64,000 bases of DNA from Amphiscolops sp. MND2022 (Eukaryota): positions 9,982,001 to 10,046,000 of the forward strand of contig OZ076412.1 of the NCBI GenBank assembly GCA_964187785.1, given 5' to 3'. Every line of letters begins with the position of its first letter. Position 1 is the stretch's first letter. Both the position numbers and the translations under genes were made by a program. The notes below the pieces were generated by a model. The model made no database searches. It saw only the letters and a list, made by a program, of their open reading frames with translations, and was not told the origin of the DNA. Positions 58,556 through 64,000 of the stretch are shown here, in pieces.

Positions 58556-60672
58556 TGGCATGCCAGCATGATGGAAATATAGTTTACTAAATATCTGTAA
58601 TGTAAATACTATGTCTTATGTACTTAGATATGGGCAATATGAAGTCATATAATAAGAGCTATGGTTGTGAGCAACCCTACGTTACTTGTACTTGAATCCC
58701 TTTCCCCCCTGAGTGTAAGTTATATATATTTACTTGATACTGAACGCTCTAGTTCCAGTGTCCGCATAAATGATCTTGCCTATGGCTATAAAGTGCTATA
58801 TCTTTAAATGTTGGTTTGTCACAACAAGGGAGAGAAGTTTTCCGGTCAGACTGGACCGAGAGATATAAACGAAATGAAGTACGTAACTTCTACATGCTCC
58901 CCGCCTCAGGGCTAAAGTCGTGACGATACTTTTTCTAAAGTTCATCGTTAATCCATCAGCGGATTAACCGGTGAATTCAATTTATTTGAGATAACTCATC
59001 ATGAATCCATCAGCGGATTTACTGACGCCATTTTAACATAGTTCATCGCAATCTCATCCCCAGAGTTGCGAATGAACTAAATGTGGGACTTTTACTTATT
59101 TCATCATCAATCCATCAGCGGATTTTACGGGACTTTAATTTCACTAGTTCATCCCAAATTCATCGTCAAAGTAAACTTGGAAATTCCAAATGTGCTTCTC
59201 ATTTCTTAGGACAAGTAACTCATCGCTTATCCATCGCGAGAACTGCAGAGAGAGAGAGTGAGAGAGAGAGAGAGAAATGAGAAAGTACATCTTTAATTCA
59301 TCCTAAAAGAGTGACTGTGCTGGATTATCAGTTTTGTTGAGTAAATTCATCCCTAATTCCTCGCTACTATAATTCGTGCTGGAATTATCAGTTTTGTTGA
59401 GTAAATTCATCCCTAATTCATCGCTACTCTAGTTAGTGCTGGAATTATCTATTTTGTTGAGCGGATTCATTCCTAATTCATCGATACTTTAGTTCGTGCT
59501 TGAAAAAGCAAATAACAGAGGGAGTTCATCTGTTCGTCATCGTAATTTTAAATTGTGCTGATTTTTGAGCGAGAATGACTGCAATTCATCGCATTTTCAT
59601 CTTGAGCTAAACCAGACTTGGAATTAGCAAGTAATCCAATGTTTTCATCGCATTCTCATCTTCGTGTGCAAAACATCATCTATTAGCGCTGTTATCAGTC
59701 GGAAAACAACGTTTTCCCATCGCGCAATGTATTTTCTCTTAATTTGACCTGAAATTAGTGCAATAGTGAATGCACGTATCCTGTTTCCGTCTCTATAGCA
59801 ACCATTGTTATTGTGCAGGCAATTGCGACACTGTAAATGTGATGATTCACTGCTATTTGCATATATGTAGATTTACCATGATGCGCGGCCATCCTGCGGC
59901 GGTTCGCAACACCGTCACGTGACTTACCAATTAGCACCAACAGTCAGCAGCCAATGAGAGAAGGTTGGTAAGAGATTTAGCGTCTTACCCACCAGAAAAG
60001 ACACGTGAACTGCTGTAGTTTGAGCCGCCATTAGAGATTACTTAGAGAGAGATTGCGACTAGCTACCGTTCAGTTGGTCAATTCATGTCAAAATTAACTA
60101 GAAAATCATCTACAATTCATCTCCAGAAACCATAACGCAACCTTTCTGAAAAATCATTTTGGTAAGTCTTCATTACGATGAGAATTGGATGACTTCCTCG
60201 AATACTTTCCTCTGATTTATACTACGCGCTGAATACTCAACCTTCCTCTAAACTTCATCGATAAAACATCTCAGTTCAGAATTAGTGAATTTGAGATCTG
60301 ACATTGAACGATAAACAGCAAAATACATCCTTAAAACATCTCAATAATCCAGTCTTCACTCACAAATAGTTTTCACTCGGTTATATGAGTCTAAGTCAAG
60401 GTACAGTACTGTGAAACGGCAAAGTAATTGACTCTCCATCTGAAGTGAACGCTCCAGAAGAATTGAACATGGCAGAACCGAACCCGAACGACTCTGACAC
60501 CAATGACAGTTCTGATATCTCTTCTCAGTTATCTGAAATGAAGGAAAATTATGAACGCAAAATCAATGAATTACATTCACAATTTGGTCAACTGAAGGAT
60601 TTGATGATGCCAGTAATAAAAAAAACTAGTAATGATAGTCAGCCATCTAGCAGCCCCAAGTGGGGCGTGACA
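58556..60672 (+). mobile_element. Solo gypsy LTR (~2.1 kb) with embedded gag start (ATG 60469) and internal ~60 bp tandem repeats
   Basis: Perfect 5-bp TSD ACTAG (58551-58555 / 60673-60677); TGGCATGCC..GGCGTGACA imperfect inverted ends; MAEPNPNDS..YERKINEL coiled-coil ORF with no PBS after it. Confidence 0.7.
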
Positions 60673-61053
60673 ACTAGTTTGTATTTATCGAGTCGTAGAC
60701 AATAGTTGCACTAATTAAATAATTAGTGAATAATCTAGCTCTAAATGAGTCTTTTATTTACGGTATTAGAAAGAAATAATCATACTTTACGCGGTACTTT
60801 ACTTGGTTTCCTAATCCTCTGGAATTTTGACCGTCTGGTAATTTGTTTCTGTGGTTTTATGTACTATGGTCTTTCGACCTCTGGTATTTCGACTTGGGGT
60901 ATTTTGACCTGACACCATCATATCAACGCCGACTCAAATTAGACAGTAGGCATTAAAGTTTAGTCGTTAATTGGGTAATCCAGGCGAGATGCTTTTATAT
61001 GTATACTTACACAATGTGGGGTGAAATGAACGTGGGGCGAAATAATATGGGGT

Positions 61054-62045
61054 CCCGGGGTGACCCTCTTACTAGCATCTTGGCTGTCTTGGCAAGATCT
61101 TGCCGAATTCTTATTACATCTTGGCAACCATGGATCCCATGGCAAGATTCTTATTAAGATCTTACTAAGATAATACTTATTCCAAGATCGTATCTTATCA
61201 CGATGGACAAAACTTTAAGATTATAAAAAAACAATATACCTTCGGTACAAGCAGCCGAGACTCAATCTAAAGGCTCATTTCACCCAACAACGACTATTTC
61301 TACTCGTTTTCATATTCGAAATGCTTAAACCTGCTGAAAAACTTTTGCATGCAAAAATGAGTGAAAAATTACGATAACGTAGCCTGGCTTCCGAAATTTT
61401 GACAAGAATCCTAATAACTGCTCACCTGTTTAAGACTGAGAAATGCGAATGTGCCAAATGAAAGGTCATTTCAAGTGCTTTCCAAAACTTGTAATTTATC
61501 ACTCCTGTCGATTTCAGAGACGGAGAAATATGCTCTCAAACGTCCAGACCCACTATCGGAAAGTTACAAAGGAAAGACCTAAAATCCGGAAATTTTTGTA
61601 AAACTCATATTTTCAGCTTTCTTACAGCCTGTTTACTGCTAGAAACGGCGGTCATTGCACTAATTTGGGTAATGATTCAGCTCGAGGCTGTTCTGACGCC
61701 GTTGTTGGCGACAGTTTTGCAATTGAAAGAACAATTTAACCAGCGTCTTGCTAAATAAATATCTCTTCAATCAAATTTTATACATTGCTAGCAGAAGTTT
61801 TAATATCTAACAATATAAATCTGCAGAAATTTTGATTTTTGTTGACTTCCTTTCTGATTTTTTCTTTCTAAATAGGATTTTACAATAAAAGTTTTCTTGG
61901 AAACATGGCTCTCTTGATAAGATCTTACCATGGCATCTTGCAATTCTTGGCAATATCTTGTCACGATCTTAGCTAAGATTTTTCCAAGATCTTGGCAAGA
62001 TCTTGCCAACATCTTACCAAGATATCCATGGAGGGTCGACCCGGG
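61054..62045 (-). mobile_element. CCCGGG-terminated MITE, copy 2 (with ~300 bp extra internal segment)
   Basis: Reverse complement of 48691-49374; GT/GT 2-bp flanks. Confidence 0.8.
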
Positions 62046-63629
62046 GTGAAGTGAACGTACACCGAAAAATCGGCTCGGTAGTGAGCCCGATAAGTATGTA
62101 AATCAACGTTTGCAAAGTTCATATTCATTTTAGCAACAACAATCATCCTGATGATATCGAAAGTCTTGACGGATGTCACATGAAATGACTAATTCTAAAT
62201 ATTGAACCGCCATACATATCAAATAATAGGATGCTTTTCGAAATTTTTTGGTGATAATTTATCGCTGTCTTTTCGAGATAGGGGGACCGAAACGACCTAT
62301 TAACAAGCTGGAGCCGGCCCACGTCTGCGCCACGCACCTATGCACTCGTACCTTTTTATGACCTCTCCCGAGCTTTCAATGAAAATTGAAATTTCTCAAA
62401 AAGTGTCAACACAATTTTTAAAAATCTTGCATTCTACACCAAAAGGTGCTCCTGTCTGAGCAATGCCAGCAAAATCCTATGACTGGGATCTGAGAAACGA
62501 AGCCCCAAAAAAATCCAAAGTTAACCAAAAACGGCTGATTTTCGAAAAAAGGTTCATATTCTTCAAACGGAATTTTTCACAGTCATTCTACACCATATTA
62601 GCGTCCGATGTGGGCCCAATGATGTAAAATCATATGACTGAGATCTCAGGAACAGCGCCAAAATCCTGAAGAGAATCCTGCGACAATGAAGTTCGTTTTT
62701 ATTTCTCAATATTTTTTATGTTTTTGACTCTTTGACCGTACGTGAGTCTCTGGTTTTGAACTATTCGTCAAGAATAAGTCTCATAGTCAAGAAAGGGAGC
62801 TTTAAGCTCACAAAACGCTTTTTTTATGAAACCGAAGGGGGTAAACTTTGACCAAAAGAGTATCTTTTAGAGAAAAAGTTGCACAGTGCCTAAAAATACC
62901 GTAGGTCTTTCCCACAATTTTTGAGAAACTTCTCATCTATTCCACAGGACCAAAAACTGTCAATGAGGTTGCCCTCTGGACTCTGAAAAGTGCTTATTTC
63001 TCTAAAAACCTCGAAAAACTTTTTTCATCCAGAATGTTTCAAACCTTCGTTCAGTCGCATTGTGCCGAAAAACCAAACGTGGTCCTTCTTGCAAAACTCT
63101 TTTTTCCTGTTAAAATTTAAAAGCGGGTTAAAAATAAAATTTTTGATTCCTGCATAGTTCCGAAAAAATTCTGCTTTGCCCACACGAAAATTTTTTCTTA
63201 TAGTGCGAGACTCGAACTCCCGCCACCATGACAGAAAATCGGCCAAGTGACAGTGAGAAGTTACTAACTTTGCAATTGGAGAACTTGTAGAACTATTTTG
63301 ACTACTTCAGGTGTATCGAAAACAAAAATATAGAAAAGCAATGACTACAGTCGACTCTTTTTCAAAAAAATACGACGGCCTCATTGATTGTTTAGTATAA
63401 AATTGTTCTACAAATCTGGTTCACAGGGCGAATCGTTTTTCTCGAGCTTGCCAGCTTTCTTCGTTCGTCCTTTTTGTTTGTTAATTATAAAGTTGTATTT
63501 TTGTATCAACGAATATTTTAAAAAATAAGTTGTATTAAACTTTAACATGTATATGTTGTATGAAATACATGTGAACTACAGGGCCAAAGATGAAACATTA
63601 AAATCGCACGTTTGTATACACGTTTGTAA

Positions 63630-63721
63630 ACTGTAAAAAAATTCTAACACTTGAAAATATTTCTTTTAGGCTTTATAAAGCCTAAAAGAAATATTTTCAA
63701 GTGTTAGAATTTTTTTACAGT
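63630..63721. repeat. Perfect 92-bp palindrome with no spacer
   Basis: ACTGTAAAAAAATTCTAACACTTGAAAATATTTCTTTTAGGCTTTA followed by its exact reverse complement. Confidence 0.97.
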
Positions 63722-64000
63722 CATTGTACGCCATATTAGGGTCCTATGTGTGCAATGACATCAGAATCGTGAAACTGGGATCTGAGAAAAATCAGAGCCA
63801 AAATTAGTCCAAATGTAATCCGTTACCGACTCCTTTACCTCACTTTCAGCTCTGCTTGTTGCTTGAGATGAAATTCGTCGAACCTACGGAAATTGATTTT
63901 TTCCGACGATGAAAAATGGAGGAAAAGTGATTGAAAAATTTCATTTTTGAGATATTAGGCGGCTGCGTTAATGCCCCAGTACTTCAAAAGTAAAGTCTAA

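Larger units (their letters stand above)
57945..62058. repeat. Foldback element (ATTTCACCCC arrays) containing nested insertions
   Basis: Left arm 57945-58260 (CATTCATTTCACCCC units); right arm GGGGTGAAATGAA units at ~61015-61050 and 62043-62058. Confidence 0.6.

Noticed and set aside
59310-59500. CRISPR-like or other regularly spaced repeats
   Set aside because: Plain head-to-tail ~60 bp tandem units without unique spacers, in eukaryotic DNA with no cas genes.

Overview
AT-rich eukaryotic (animal) genomic DNA; no rRNA, tRNA or CRISPR was seen. The left half is a cluster of Ty3/gypsy LTR retrotransposons. One is a young ~14 kb element (1-13971) with intact gag and pol, a -1 frameshift site and LTRs about 1% diverged. 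Two are degenerate relatives (15.3-18.5 kb on the minus strand; 19347-25500 on the plus strand). LTR remnants lie at ~30.5-31.1 kb and 58556-60672. The right half is the 3' part of a minus-strand FRAS1/FREM2-like extracellular-matrix gene: 11 exons were reconstructed with consistent splice phases, and the introns are full of non-autonomous DNA elements. The most unusual feature is the ~6 kb between pol and the 3' LTR of the young element. It carries an antisense, intron-containing gene resembling a hAT transposase that appears to lack the catalytic D/D/E residues, and a divergent sense ORF of unknown function, separated by a CRE/CCAAT-rich interval. All homology calls come from motif recognition by eye, not from database searches.
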